Shown here in pieces: positions 37,404 through 50,238 of a DNA stretch of 64,000 bases. The DNA lies in the NCBI GenBank assembly GCA_002633005.1, contig NMRA01000059.1, positions 1,079,133 to 1,143,132 of the forward strand, read 5' to 3'. Position 1 is the first letter of the stretch. Each line of letters begins with the position of its first letter. A program made the translations under genes and the position numbers. The notes below the pieces were generated by a model. That model was not told where the DNA came from and ran no database searches. It worked only from the letters and a program-made list of their open reading frames with translations. The DNA is from Phoronis australis (lineage: Eukaryota > Animalia > Phoronida).

Positions 37404-40400
37404 GATTTTATCATCGGGTTGCTATTTCAAAAATTGTTTGTGCCATGATGTTTGCCTGTATTTGTTTAATAACAAATGCCTTGTGTTCAGGAAAGTATTT
37501 TTTTGTTCTCTCAATAGTTCGTCTGCGAGCATGCACGTTGTCTGAGAATTTCATACTGGTTGGTTATTCGATATTTTGCACACCTTAGTAGGAATCTTCC
37601 AGCATTCTCTGCTGAATTCTCATCAGTCAATGTTTGTGACACATACTTGTGTCCGTTGACACGTCACTCTAATTTCTCAAGTTTGCATAACTGAAATGCC
37701 TTAAAATATTTTTCGTTCTACAGAGTAAAACAATGTGAATTTCTTCCCATGTGATTAGCACCCCGTTGAACAATTAGGTAGTCTTGAACAAAGCAGGCAA
37801 GGGAACTCGCGGCACTTGTTTGCCACCAACTAGTTACAATATCCCCGTATAGCATTCTCATATGTCAGGTGTGTTCACACCTTTGGGAATGTAATTGTTC
37901 CACCTGTCTTTGCTCATGACCATCTTTTATTCTGGCTGGTTCCTTTGTGTGCAACATGTCGTTAGCGCTGACGTATATATTCCCTTTCTTTTAGTGGAAG
38001 AATTCATTTTGGTTCTCAAAAGAACTAATATAGGCATACTGTTGAGGCTGGAACTTGGTCATTTTGTTTCAGTCAAAAATTGCTGTAGGTTCATTGGACT
38101 GACGTGCTGTTCTGTAAGTGATCTGTGCTCCAGCCTTAACACTAATTTAGTTTATCACTGTAGCACTTTCATTTCCATGAACTTTGGATTATCATTGCTA
38201 TTGGAAGTGTAGGGTCTGCAATATTTTCCTTGTGTGATGAGTTCATAGCCAGAGCGGTTGAAATGCCTCCATGGTTTTGTCTCTTTACTCCCCCCCGCTA
38301 TTCCCAAGATTCAAACCCATAAAGACTTTTGCAGCATGCATTCATTTTTTCAAACCCTGTGGTAATTCTTCTTATTAGGCACACAGTGTGGTCGGGAAGT
38401 GAGGCTCTATTTTGGGAAATTTCTTCTAAAAAATAAGAAATTAAGAACATTTTAGTCTCATTAGCCTTGTCTCTACTGTCTAGTGTCACACAACAACAAG
38501 TTTTTACTAGTTGTAGCGAAGTAATCGGCCTTTGAAAAACAGAAAAATGACAATTTTGTTGATTACTTTTGCGCGAAGTCCGTAAGTAGAGAATTTTCAT
38601 ATTTACAATAGATTTATGAAGGATGAGTACAAATATCCGTTACAAATGTAACAAAATCCATTGTCACATATTGAAAAATTCATTAGTGTAATCATAGATT
38701 TAGTCTAGAATATGAAACATGATGAACAGGATTTTATTCTCATTTTGATTTCCATTGTGTATATCAAACATCTTTGATGTTTATTGATGAGTCCTGTCAT
38801 GGCATACTAGTGTACACATTCAGTATTCTATAAATAATCTTCTATTTAAACATGAGCTGGTTTCCTAGTTTGAAGTTACAGATTTATGACTCTTGAATGT
38901 CTATAGTATTTTGTGTGTACATATTTTTGTGTAAAAATTTTTTAAGTGTTGAAAACCATTGCGTGTTTGAGGAGATTTTAGTATTTGTATGTGGGACTTT
39001 GTAAATATCTGTGTTCAATTGTTGTTGTATCTTGTTTTTGTTTTTCAAAGTTGCATATTCCTAGTGGCACCTACAGCATATCTTTATAGGTTGAAGTCTT
39101 CTTGTTGTATGAGACATTGTGTTGTTCATTGATCAAAAACCAGTTCTTTGTTCAAACGGGCATTTCCTTCTGATAGTCACTGCTTAAAATGAAAATGTAC
39201 AAAGTGTCACAAATCCTTCCGTACCATTCATGCAAAATCGTAGCGATTGCTCTATTAGCACTGTTTTGAATCGTGTTTCCAAAATGGTCCCCATGAAGGC
39301 TTTTTCTTGGTAGGTGGTCTTTTGTAAATTCCGTTTTAGTGGAAAGAAGTGACCCTTTAAGAGTAACTTGTGGCAAGATTTGTCAGTACTCTCAGACTGT
39401 CATAATTTTCATGTGAGAATTATTGTTACTGTAAATCTGTCAATATGTGAGATTGTTTTGCTCAAGGGTGTTGATTTTCATCAACAATAATCAAAACTAG
39501 ATTATAGAGCCCAGAACCGAGTTTCTGGACGACAAAAGAATTTGTGTGAAATTGAACCGTCACTATTTCTCCTGAGGTGGTGTTCTGTTCGTGTTATGCT
39601 GTGTACACATGGTATTGTATTGTAAGCACTGTTGCTTTCCAACAATTTTGTTTTTATTTTACTGAGCTTGTCGTTGTTGTGACGTGAACTGCAGGGAATT
39701 GTGGGATTTTACATTCTTGTGCAATCTTTTGACAGGCAATTGAGGTACCTCAGAATTTTGGAATAGACGTGCAATTAGGAAAGTGTGAGAAGTTAATTAC
39801 CATCTTGCTAATTTACCCGTGAATATCTAGTCTGTAAGTTGTCTTCCACTTAGGAAAAAATCTAACAGTTAACTTATGGACACTTTCTAAGGTGATCAGC
39901 TTAGTGTGGAAAATGATCTGAAATCTACTTTTTGATATAATTTCAGGGTTGAGTGAGACTAAAATTCTTTTGGACTTTAACATAAAACTGATTTGAAGCC
40001 TCTAACCTGACAAGGTTTTTGCGGGATACATGGTTAAGAGATTTGCTAATACAACAAGTTGAGGCTACTAATTTCCTAAATTATTGCAAAGTGGAGGTAA
40101 CATAGTTGTTTAATTGCTCCTGTGGCTAGATTCCTTTCTTGTGTGAAGTCGCCAATTTTGACTTGTCATTGTGGGTTGTCATTCACGATCTTCTTTGCAA
40201 TAATTACAGAAGCCACAGCCTTTCCTCTAGTAACTTTCGCCAATTTAGGACAGGAAATGGCAAACGAGTGATATTTTAAATCTTGAACCGGTGTGGAAAT
40301 AGAGATCACAAGCATTTTTAAGTCTGGTCTGCACACCACCTGTTGGTCACATAATTTATTTTCTCGCTTTTTCACAAAAGATTTGTAACACCAAATGAAT

Positions 40401-41560
40401 GTTTTTAAATGTTCAACTTCTGTACCACTGCTACTACCAGATATTTCGAAAATATTCAGGGTATTCGCAAATATCTTGGAACTCTTTGAAAAATGAAAAT
40501 GTGCAATTTTGGCAAATATTTTTGTACAAAATTGGTGAGATTTTTCCGTATGTTATGTTCCGCTTTAAGCCTTTCTGCACATTCCGATTTTTGCCGATTT
40601 CGTATACGACTTTTGGAACGTGACTGTCTATGTGCTCTCATATGCCTGTATATCTGTCTACATTACTTCCATAGGTCTTACAGTCATAGTGGTGTACAAA
40701 AAAGGGACGATTTACAGTCATTTCTGAAAAATTCTTGAGAGAACATTGTCATTTATTGTATTGTATTGTACCTGCTCACGTAAGGGGAAAGTTGGATTGT
40801 GGGAGTTGTGCAAACTGGTAATGTTCAATAATATTGGTGCATGTTATTGGTTTAATTGGTTTGACATATGTTACAGCTGCTGGCTGACTCATTAAAAATA
40901 TGTTATGATAACAGTTGTAATATATGTGAGGGTATTAGAAAACTTCATTGGATAGGACAAAATACAAAGGAATCATGCTGTGCAAAGTAATAAGAAAGCA
41001 TTCACTGCATGAGTTTTAGTTTTTTGCCAATAATTTCATTTTGTTGTCCAGGTACTTGCTCATTTTTCGCTTCCAGTTCCGAATGGTTGCATTTCATCAC
41101 AAATCGTTTCCACGTTTGTAGTGGTTGATTTCACTGGGTGGATCAGTGGGTTTGACCCCTCAATAATAACCTCTGTGGCGAAAAATTGCCTCTGAGCAGG
41201 AGTCTCCCCTGATAAACGCAGAAGGTTGGTCTTTTGAAAATTATGGTTCTCCCTCCATAGCCGCCAGTGCTTATATTTTATTCTTGCAACCAGACGGAAT
41301 GTATAAGCCCCCACTGATAAGATAACATCCTAGATCAGCCACTTGTTGTATTTTTATCANCCCCCCCCCCCCTCCCTTCTCTCATGGCACCAGACATGTG
41401 AGGCATGATTACTCATTCTGCATATTGTAGTTTGGGTTTGTCACCTATGGTGAAGTCCTATGCAATCTTGTCTAATGTTATGTAATAGTTTTCTGCATAT
41501 CAAATATTGTGTAATATACCTGTTGGTAAATTGATACATTTTCTTTTTATTTTGGTGTTG

Positions 41561-41600
41561 AATAAAGATATGAAATGTTTGTTCTATGATTTGTGTATCA
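41561..41600 (+). terminator. Candidate KCNQ1 polyadenylation signal
   Basis: AATAAA with a T-rich upstream tract and downstream tgtttgttctatgatttgtgt. Confidence 0.55.
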
Positions 41601-42243
41601 CCATTCTGGCGACACTTTGCTGGAGAAATTGTAGGTCATCAGATTAATTTTGTAAAAAAAAACAGCACAGTTTGAAATTGAAGCGGTCATTAAGTGCAAA
41701 TTGAGACCCTGGATGGGTAGCACTTTTCATACCTGCATAGTATAAAGTCTCGAGAGCCCGACATTTGCAATTAAGGGTTAAGTTAAATATGGCCAAATTT
41801 TCCAAGACGTTTGACACTAGTGCAAAAACACGGGACGAGCAGCCAATGACTCACGGATGACTCACAGTTGCATGTCGTCTGACAAGAGTGACGCAAAGGG
41901 TCACGAGTGAAGTGCTTATGACAGTTGTTAAAGAAATTTAAGTGTTGTGTTATCTATTTCAATACGAGCTCCCTGGGGCTAGAATTTGCATCCAATTGAA
42001 AATACGAGATGTCATTCTCGAAAGACACAAATAAAATTTTGCCAATGGGACATGCATCGTACAATTCGCGTGAGCAACTAAAATACAGCCAGTTGAATAC
42101 TTGAAAAACATTCTCCTAATAAAAAGCTTGTGGTTTTTAAATGACAGACTTCAGTTTGCAAGGTTTGTTGCCTGAAAATCATTGAAGGGTAAAAAACATT
42201 TGACTTGTTTATTTTTTAATGATCCAGTGGTGCAGTGTTTTCA

Positions 42244-42484
42244 GGGGCCCGTTCCAACAAAACTGACTTAGCTAAGACAAATCCTAAATTTTAGTAAATT
42301 TTAAAATAAAAGTTAAATTCGTCTCAAACCAATTCAAGAAAGAGATCTTAAGTTTGAATTAACTGTGTGACGTAAGTTTTGTCTTTAATTTCATTAACTA
42401 ACAGAATGTGGAAGTTCGGAATTTAAGACAAATCTTAAACTTAAGTAAAAAATGAACTTAAGTCAGTTTCTTGGAACAGGCCTC
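42244..42484. mobile_element. MITE with ~27-bp imperfect TIRs (Harbinger-like)
   Basis: ggggcccgttccaacaaaactgactta ... taagtcagtttcttggaacaggcctc; AT-rich interior with cttaag subrepeats. Confidence 0.75.
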
Positions 42485-43444
42485 AGTTCTTCATTTTTTT
42501 TCTAAAATCTTCCTGCTTCATTGTTGCAGTGCTCTGTTCAGCGTCTACCGCCCTCCGTGCTGCCAAAGAAACAACAATATCTTAGTTGTTACCTTGGTGT
42601 TCAATCAGCCAAGATCACGGACGGGAAGCGGAGTGCCGCGGGACCTTGTCGCTTCCTTTAGTTTCACACCGTGGCAATCGCGGGCGTGCATTTGTGGCCA
42701 CTCTGAGCTCAAGCCAATCCGTCGCGTTACGTGCATATCTCCCAACGAACTCATTGCCCTCGTTTTTGGACTGCATCGTTTCGCAGTGCACTAGATTGGA
42801 GCTGTTACATTCACAAGAACCTACAAAGCTCTGTTGGCCCGACCAGACGCTCTGGTCGGGCCAACAGAGGCGATGGTCATTGCCTACTACAAAGCTATAT
42901 CATATCTTCCCGTGTACATGTTTCGAATAGGGTACTGAAACGTATAATTTCTTCGTCTAAAGTGGGGTCAAATACAAAGTTCTAGGGCCATTTATTTTGT
43001 TGTCTCGGACGTTGACCGACTGAACAATGGCGAAATGCAATTAAATCGTAATGCATTCTTTCCTTATGTCCGTAGCGTGCGTAGATGGTACTGTTGTCAA
43101 TGACTGGGGGTGTTTTATTGTAACTGTACAAATGTTCAGTAGACCATTAACCGAGGGGGCATTGTACTTATTTGGTAAGTTTTGGTTTTGAATATACAAA
43201 ACTTTGAGACGTAATTGTTACCAAGTTGGGCGTGAAATGAATTTTTTATGGTAATGTACAATTCTGTATAAGCGCACAGTACCCGTAGTGAGAACCAAAT
43301 ACTATTTTTTGTCGCTAATCTGCAACAGGGCATTGCCCGGATAACAGGGTAATTTATCAAGTTCACGATTTACGTCGAGTTCGTATTTGTAAACATCATT
43401 GTGTTGTGATTTGGCGGGAAAATCCGGGGGTGTGTCAGGGTTAA

Positions 43445-43682
43445 AGGTAACGTACTACGTTGTAAACAGCGGTGCTTTTTCAGCGAAGCGGGCATTGTCC
43501 CGAAGACATTATATTTGTAGTTTTTGAAAGTATTTAGGTAGGAAATTCTGGGATTGCCTCAACATTGAATATAACGACATGTCAATCCCTCTCCAGCTTA
43601 AACCATCTTTAATCTGATGAGATTAAGTAGTCCAAACCAAAAGTTAGTATTTTTTGACAGAAGACGTACGTTTGCTACCCCT
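43445..43682. mobile_element. Possible Kolobok-like MITE remnant
   Basis: TTAA|aggtaacgtac ... gtacgtttgctacccct|TTAA; TIR imperfect. Confidence 0.35.
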
Positions 43683-45244
43683 TTAAATAAAAGAATGGCC
43701 GCAGGCGAACGTGTCTATAGTTTATCACAGGACTGTGGTTTCATTACTTGTAATTTATGAGTTTCCAAATTACTGTTCTTTATTCAAACAAAAGTTAGTG
43801 TTTGATAGAGTGTTTGGTTCCGTTGCCGTATACAGTTACATTTCTTGGTTTGCTTGTAGCGCTATGTATGTAGTCACAGATATTTATGTAACTGCATTTT
43901 CTTCTGAAATATTTTTGTTTACCGACATCAATACACATTACACTCTTGTTATACCTACACGCCCTGTCGTCTAGTGTTGTTCACTGGTAAGGTCGCAGTA
44001 GAGGCTGTCTCCCAGACTGTATGTATTTACCGTGCCTACCTGGGCTACTCAAGTTGTTGCTCCCATTTTACCTCTTCTAGTTTTGGGGCGTGACATGGTT
44101 CCCTGAGCTGTAATCGAAGATATTTCTGAAAAAGAAATAGAAATACCTAAGTTGTAGTGCCCGGTGCCGCGAGAAAAACTGACAGAAATACACCGAGTCG
44201 AAGGAATTCAGTTTGTATTAACTCGTAATCTTAGACTCTAAGATAATACTCGGTTTCTCCTTGGTTAAACATAACGGACTGCATTACTCGCGTGTCGTGC
44301 GCCTACGTAGCGTGCCTCGCTAATGGCATAGTACATGCACTAAGGGTCAGCGACCGGTGGATTCTTATGTTACGTTATTTTGTTGACTAAATATTGACTC
44401 TAAAGAACAGTCTGTGAGATGGTTCAGAGCAAGATTTATTCGTAAATGATTCCGTGCTTGCGTAAGGGCGGAGCTGTAGTAAATCGGCTGCGAGCGTTGG
44501 ACTTGATACGTCCAAAATTTCAGCCTTGTGTGAAAAACTTTTTAGCTGTGTCAGATACATTCGATGGGGATTTTTAAATGGAAAATATCGCCGCTTAACT
44601 GCATTTTTGTTGTGAAAATATATGCCGTTAATAAACTGCTAACGGAAACTAATGAGGTATTTTATATTAATTTTATTCACACACAGTAAGCTAGACCGTT
44701 CATTACCTAACAATTCACAAAATTCACGTCTTCCTAACTTATCCCAGAATGATATGCAAAATGATTTCTGTTTAATTAACAGTTAATGGTGCTTTTCATT
44801 CTGCTGGCTAAAATCGAAACTCGAATTGGGCCTTTTGCGCTCATAAAATCGGTATCATAATATTGCTTACCATGATTATAGTCCCGTTTCCAACAGGAAC
44901 ACCAAAACCATCAGTGACTAAAGAAAATGTTTCAGGAATTTATTGGGGTTGGGAAACCCTAAAATTGCTAAAGTTTGAAAATGGCACATGCACCCATGTC
45001 TTTGGCTTGTTGTCGTGGCAACAATTCAAAACATTGGGATGAGTGTGCAAAGTGTTGTTAAACTGCGTCGAATAACAATTCAACATTGACTACTAAACAG
45101 CGGCGAAATGCAGCTTTATTGAATTAAATCTTTATCAAGTGTTTACTACGCTCTCTGAATCAGCGGACTGGCTGCACCAACTAAAAAAAGCCTACGGTTT
45201 ACGTACAGTTCAACGAATCGCGACCACGACTCCTTGAAAATGAT

Positions 45245-45790
45245 TGACTGGCCACTTGAGAACTATTTTGCTAGCTGTTGACCATTTGATGAGCTTGTCA
45301 CGAAACTCCAGAAACAAAAGTCACGAGCGTATGACGTCACGACTCAATTACGATTTTGTTGCCGATAAAAATCGTTTCGTATGGCTCAGTGGCGACTAAG
45401 TCGCAAGTTATCGGGCCATATCAAACATGTTCGATCGAGCGAAGTCTTACTGGGCCTTGTTGTTTCGTGCGAGTTTGATGGCGATTATTCGTCGTGACCG
45501 AACGAAGTCAAAATTGACCAATATTATTTCAGATTCTTGATAAATGAAAGCTCTGGAGCGTGGCAGCAAATGACCAACGCTCGAGCTGAAGATGGCAATG
45601 AAGAATGCCGTAATGGTACACGCTAAACCAAGCCGCTGTGTATCGTGTGCGGCACATCTTGTCGCCGATAACATGAGACCTCTCGATAAAAAATCCTATC
45701 GTTTTGTGATTCTCACCCCTACTGGCCTACACGCGCGTGGACGTCACTGCGTCACATGATGCTCGTAAAGATTCCTCAAGTCTCTACGAG
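45245..45790. mobile_element. CpG-rich probable DNA-transposon remnant
   Basis: CpG-dense block with repeated tcacga/tcgt motifs and catatcaaacatgttcgat; termini not resolved. Confidence 0.35.
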
Positions 45791-47529
45791 TCCTTCCAGA
45801 TCGACTAACGAGTTTCTGGATTAGTCGTCGATTGTTCCCACAACATTAACATTCAAAATTGTAAATCAGTTTTCCAATTCCTCTATCACAGAACATATAT
45901 TTAGCTTATCATATCACTGATTCAATGAGCTGATGACGTGTGGTTGAGATGGAAAGCTATATAGTTATGTAACAAAATTGTCACGGCGTTAGTTGAAACC
46001 AGATAGCATGTTCTTTCAAGCTGCTATGAACGTTATTTTTCTTTGTAAAAAATTGTACTATCGAGTTACGAAGTCAGATATCGACTCACGGAGTAACTGT
46101 GGTCAGATTTGAACGGGTTGTTGGCTGGAACACTGTAGACATGTGTCTTAGTGGTGCAGTGACTTTCATCTTTCAAGTTAAAAAATAAATATTATTTTCA
46201 CATTTTGCTAACAACGACATATGCTGACAGAAGATTGACTGATTGACATGTTGTGACAGCATTACAAGGCAATCCATTTAACTCGCCACATCATATTAGA
46301 TTACCGTCAAAATTCAATTGCAAAGTAAACACAAGGCATAAACAAATATCCGGACGACGCACCCCCCAGTGATACACATGCATTGGAACACTAGTTTTTT
46401 ATTTGACTTGTCTGTGCGAGTCATGTGTCCCTCTGTATGAATATTTTGCCATCAATTTCAGCTTAATTTCTTGTGCTTGGTTCCAGCTTCAAGCCAAGTC
46501 AAATCAGACCGGACCGTTGTGGACCTTGACTTGTACATGCTAGACAAAACTTCGGGTTACGACCCGCAAGCGATTTTTACCATTTTCCTAGCTACCTGCA
46601 GGTGATATCAAGGGAAAACTTCTTTCCACCATGTTGGATAAACCAACAAGTTTGCCTCAGCGTTGCTGAGAACGTTAAGGTTTTTTTAGAAATGAAATGC
46701 GTACGTGTACAGCTTGAATTCAATATCACTTACGCAAACGGCATAGGATATTCGTTGGATGTCGCCGTGTTTTCAGAGGTTTATGTCGATGTCTCGAATT
46801 CTTGACTGTAGCCTGGCTTATTCGAACAACCAGACAGGCTTCTTGTTTTAAGTGAAAAACGGACGGAAATCCACAAATGCTTTCCTTTTACAGAAATAAA
46901 AACCGTGGGAGTGCGTGATAAGTGGCGGTTCTTCACGAAAAGGCACAGATACTTTTGCGTAGTCTGTGTGCTGGCAAAAACGTTCAGTTAACGTGTACTC
47001 TGGGAGTCGTTTGTTACTCTAAAGAATAATGGACAGTGGACACGGGTGACCCCCAGCTAATGAACTGCAGGTCGAACAGCTCATCATATATTCAACCCAC
47101 ATCCCTTGACTTGTTCTCGGCGTAAATTTGAAGCTTCAATTCCAATATCTTAATTCATGCGGGTCGCCTGCTTTAAAACTGCACCTGCAATCGTGTTTCT
47201 TACACCTGTTCTATGGTTCCAATTCATTGGCAATTGGATTTCAATGCGTCTATTGTGAACTCGTGTTTTAAATTTCAAATCAGTCCAGAAGCTCCCTCGA
47301 GCCATACATATGCGACCACCTGGCATTTGTCAACTATTACAAATGCATGGTTAGATTTATGCCAGGGGGCAGAGATATACACTACACTTCTATAATTTCC
47401 AGCTCTTAAAAGAGACACAAAAAACATGGAGTTCAGTAATGTCCATACTTTACTCTGTACATTTTACCTTCAACAAGATTACTCTTCACAAACCAAAGAT
47501 TTGTGGGACTTAATATGTTTGTACATAAC

Positions 47530-47581
47530 TTTCAGAAGAAAAACATAAAACAAGAATTCTTTTAAGTTGAAAACATTTATT
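47530..47581 (-). terminator. CKI polyadenylation signal
   Basis: tttatt on + at 47576-47581 (AATAAA on -), followed on - by ttcttgtttttatgtttttcttc. Confidence 0.65.
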
Positions 47582-50238
47582 TGTGTTCATGAGATCAGCC
47601 CAAAATGGACATAGTTTACATGTATAATGACTATACAACTACAGCACAGCGTTAACTCCTAAGGGGTCACTTAAAATCAGTAATGAGGGCTTAATCCAAT
47701 CTAAAATGAATTTTGCCCACTACATGTCAATCAGCTACTGGCCCTTTAGGGAACTAACAACTGCACAGGGTATACCTAAAGAAAATTAGACTTGTGAAAT
47801 ATACAAAGAAATATATTAAGGACCAAATATATCACAATTAGATTAACCATACACATTTTAGAACTTTGGCAATGTACAATAATCAGATTAAATCTTCAGT
47901 GCTCATGATTTTAATAAAATATCTAACTATATAATGCTATGGCTGTTTTCAAACCAGGTGATGTTGGTAATGATATTGATAATCTAGAAACCACCACAAA
48001 ATTACTAACTTTAAAGTATATGTACGTGAGATCAAGGTAGATTAACATATCCATGCCCAGGCACCACAATCCGTGCCCAGGCACCCCAATCCGTGCCCAG
48101 GCACCCCAATCCGTGCCCAGGCACCTCAATCCATGCCCAGGCACCTCAAGCACCTCAACTGTAATTTGTATTTAATCTATAATACTTAGAAAGAATTTGA
48201 GACCATATCTGAGTGCTGTTTTTGGCATTTCGATGTTTCTGCTTTAAGTTTCAAGACTTCGCAATTTCTGACAAGAATACCAGAAATCTAACAAAAGAGA
48301 CAATTAATTAAATACACCAATGAGACAACAATGTTACAAACGAAAGCTTCACAAACTGAATGTTACATAATACAAAACATAAACTTTCTAACCACAAACA
48401 TGTTTTCGACAAAAAATAAGTAATAATAAATAATCCAGAAAAAATATATGTACAAAGGTCAAGGCAAAATAATCACAAAAGAGCATAAACTGCTAATTAC
48501 AAAATGCATAAAGCATGCAAGCACATATACAACTGTTAACGGTTTAAGTTATGCTGGCTAATTATTGTATACACATTAAATGGTATTGCCAGACCACCAT
48601 AATGCGGTAGAGTCAGTGCAGGCATTCACAACAGTACAGAAATCTCATAACTACAAAGCAAGTTAGCATCACACTATATTACAAAATTGACATTACAACT
48701 ATTTACAAACCGGTTTCCAGACCCTGTAGAAGGAGAAATATCCCCAATATTTACACTACAGTTTGTCCAGCACACAACCTCAGTAGAGAGAAGCGAAGGC
48801 TTAAACTAGTTGGTCACAAACTCAAGCAATCTCAGGGCTGGATCCAGAGGGGCCAAAGCATTCAAACCCTCACACTCTGCCACTTGTGTGTGGCTGTCAT
48901 GGAGGAAAGTGAATCCCATCTATGCTGTCCATAGTGGAACCCCCGTCTGGTCACGAACCAGGATCTGAGCTTGTAGTCCCATTACAAAGGAACAATGTCA
49001 TATATGCAACACAACCAAATATGCAGTTTACACGACACCACTGACAAAAGTGCAAACCGACGTCGAGCAAAATAATCCAACAACCCTCTGTAAACGTACA
49101 AAGCTTGACATGGAGCAAACAGACCCACTTTGTTACTTTGTTACCAGGTTTGAGGCAAGTCAGATTACCGCGAGTCATCTAATAAGGTAACCGTTGCTTT
49201 ACCAAACACAAAGTTATAATAGTGCGAGGAGAAAATATCTCAGCTGTGCTAATAATCCGTGTTAATTAAAACATTATTCGGAGATATCATGCCGGCACAT
49301 AGCAGTTTTTGATAGAGCACTTCTGCCTTGCCCCACTTTCTACATAAGCCGTGCAGACAGATGCGTACACCGATCATATTGTGCTGGGGCAGTTTGCGCC
49401 ATTTCAACAATATCATCTAAATGCACCATGAATGCAAGAGGCAACTAGTTTTTATAAGAATGAGATCAGGTATAGCACACCTTTCTACCACTCATATGCC
49501 ACAGTTTCAAAAGATGTGCCAGCAGCCCAATTAAGTTTCGACAGCATCAAAACTTTTTGAGCAAATTGCACTTACAATAAGTATCAAACATTCCTCATTA
49601 GCTCACGAGACAAAAAATATTAAAAGACATAATAATTTCAATTTCAATTCAAATGGAAATTTCAAAAGTTTCAAAAGCTGCATCATGTCTACAATAAAAG
49701 CTGAAAGTGAACAGTGCACAAAAATAATCCGTCAATTAGAATAAATTAAACAAAATGTGAAACAGGCTTCTTTCAATAACCATCATTGGCAACACATGCG
49801 AGACAAGTGACCATCAGTTGCTATATATGGTCACACCAAAACAGAAGCGACACCACGTTTAGAATTTCCTTACAACATCTAGCACCAGATACTTTCTAAT
49901 CTGGCTGTCAGCTTATAGCCAGGTTGTCCTTGTTGGCAACCCCACAGTTGAAAGGCCATATCACTTGTGATTGGCTGGCCAAGAAGGTCTGTTAAACTTC
50001 CAACTGTTTGTGGGCTTGGCTCTCAGGTGGTGTACCCTGGTCTAATTAGGACCGCCTTATCAAAACACAGTTTGTCCATTACTCCAGTTTCTGGACACAA
50101 ACCTGGGCAACATCTGTGTTTTAGGCAGGCAGGTTACCACTGGCTCAGCCACTGGCTAGTTTAGGAGCTGGCAATTAGAGTTGTGAGGATGTCAGGAACC
50201 TTCTGTTTGATGGAGATGGACCTGTGATAGTGCTCACT
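47560..50238 (-). other. CDKN1: Non-coding terminal exon (3' UTR) of the CKI gene
   Basis: Perfect donor G|GTAAGT 4 nt after the stop (intron starts 55201). Strong acceptor atttcttttgtttcctttgtag| at 50239/50238. AATAAA on - at 47581-47576 with a U-rich downstream tract. AU-rich, with Pumilio elements and miRNA seed matches. Confidence 0.75.
48049..48160. repeat. 20-bp minisatellite, ~5 copies, in the CKI 3' UTR
   Basis: atccgtgcccaggcacccca; each unit contains the mini-palindrome gtgcc-ca-ggcac. Confidence 0.9.

Larger units (their letters stand above)
36301..41590 (+). other. KCNQ1: Probable KCNQ1 3' UTR (~5.3 kb)
   Basis: U/GU-rich sequence after the stop. AATAAA at 41561-41566 is followed by a GT/T-rich tract and a change in composition. 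A proximal AATAAA at 37076-37081 is an alternative end. Confidence 0.55.

Noticed and set aside
42471-42985. Overlapping ~85-115 aa ORFs in the intergenic spacer
   Set aside because: No recognisable domain, non-ATG starts, and one begins inside a MITE terminus; more likely a repeat remnant.
43339-43353. GGATAACAGGGTAAT, 15 of 18 bases of the I-SceI site and similar to a mitochondrial large-subunit rRNA motif
   Set aside because: Flanks show no recognisable rRNA or vector sequence; treated as chance.
50160-50238. Terminal CKI exon as extra coding sequence or a stop-readthrough extension
   Set aside because: After TAG the spliced frame reads TGT GAG TGA, only two codons; the other frames close within ~25 codons.
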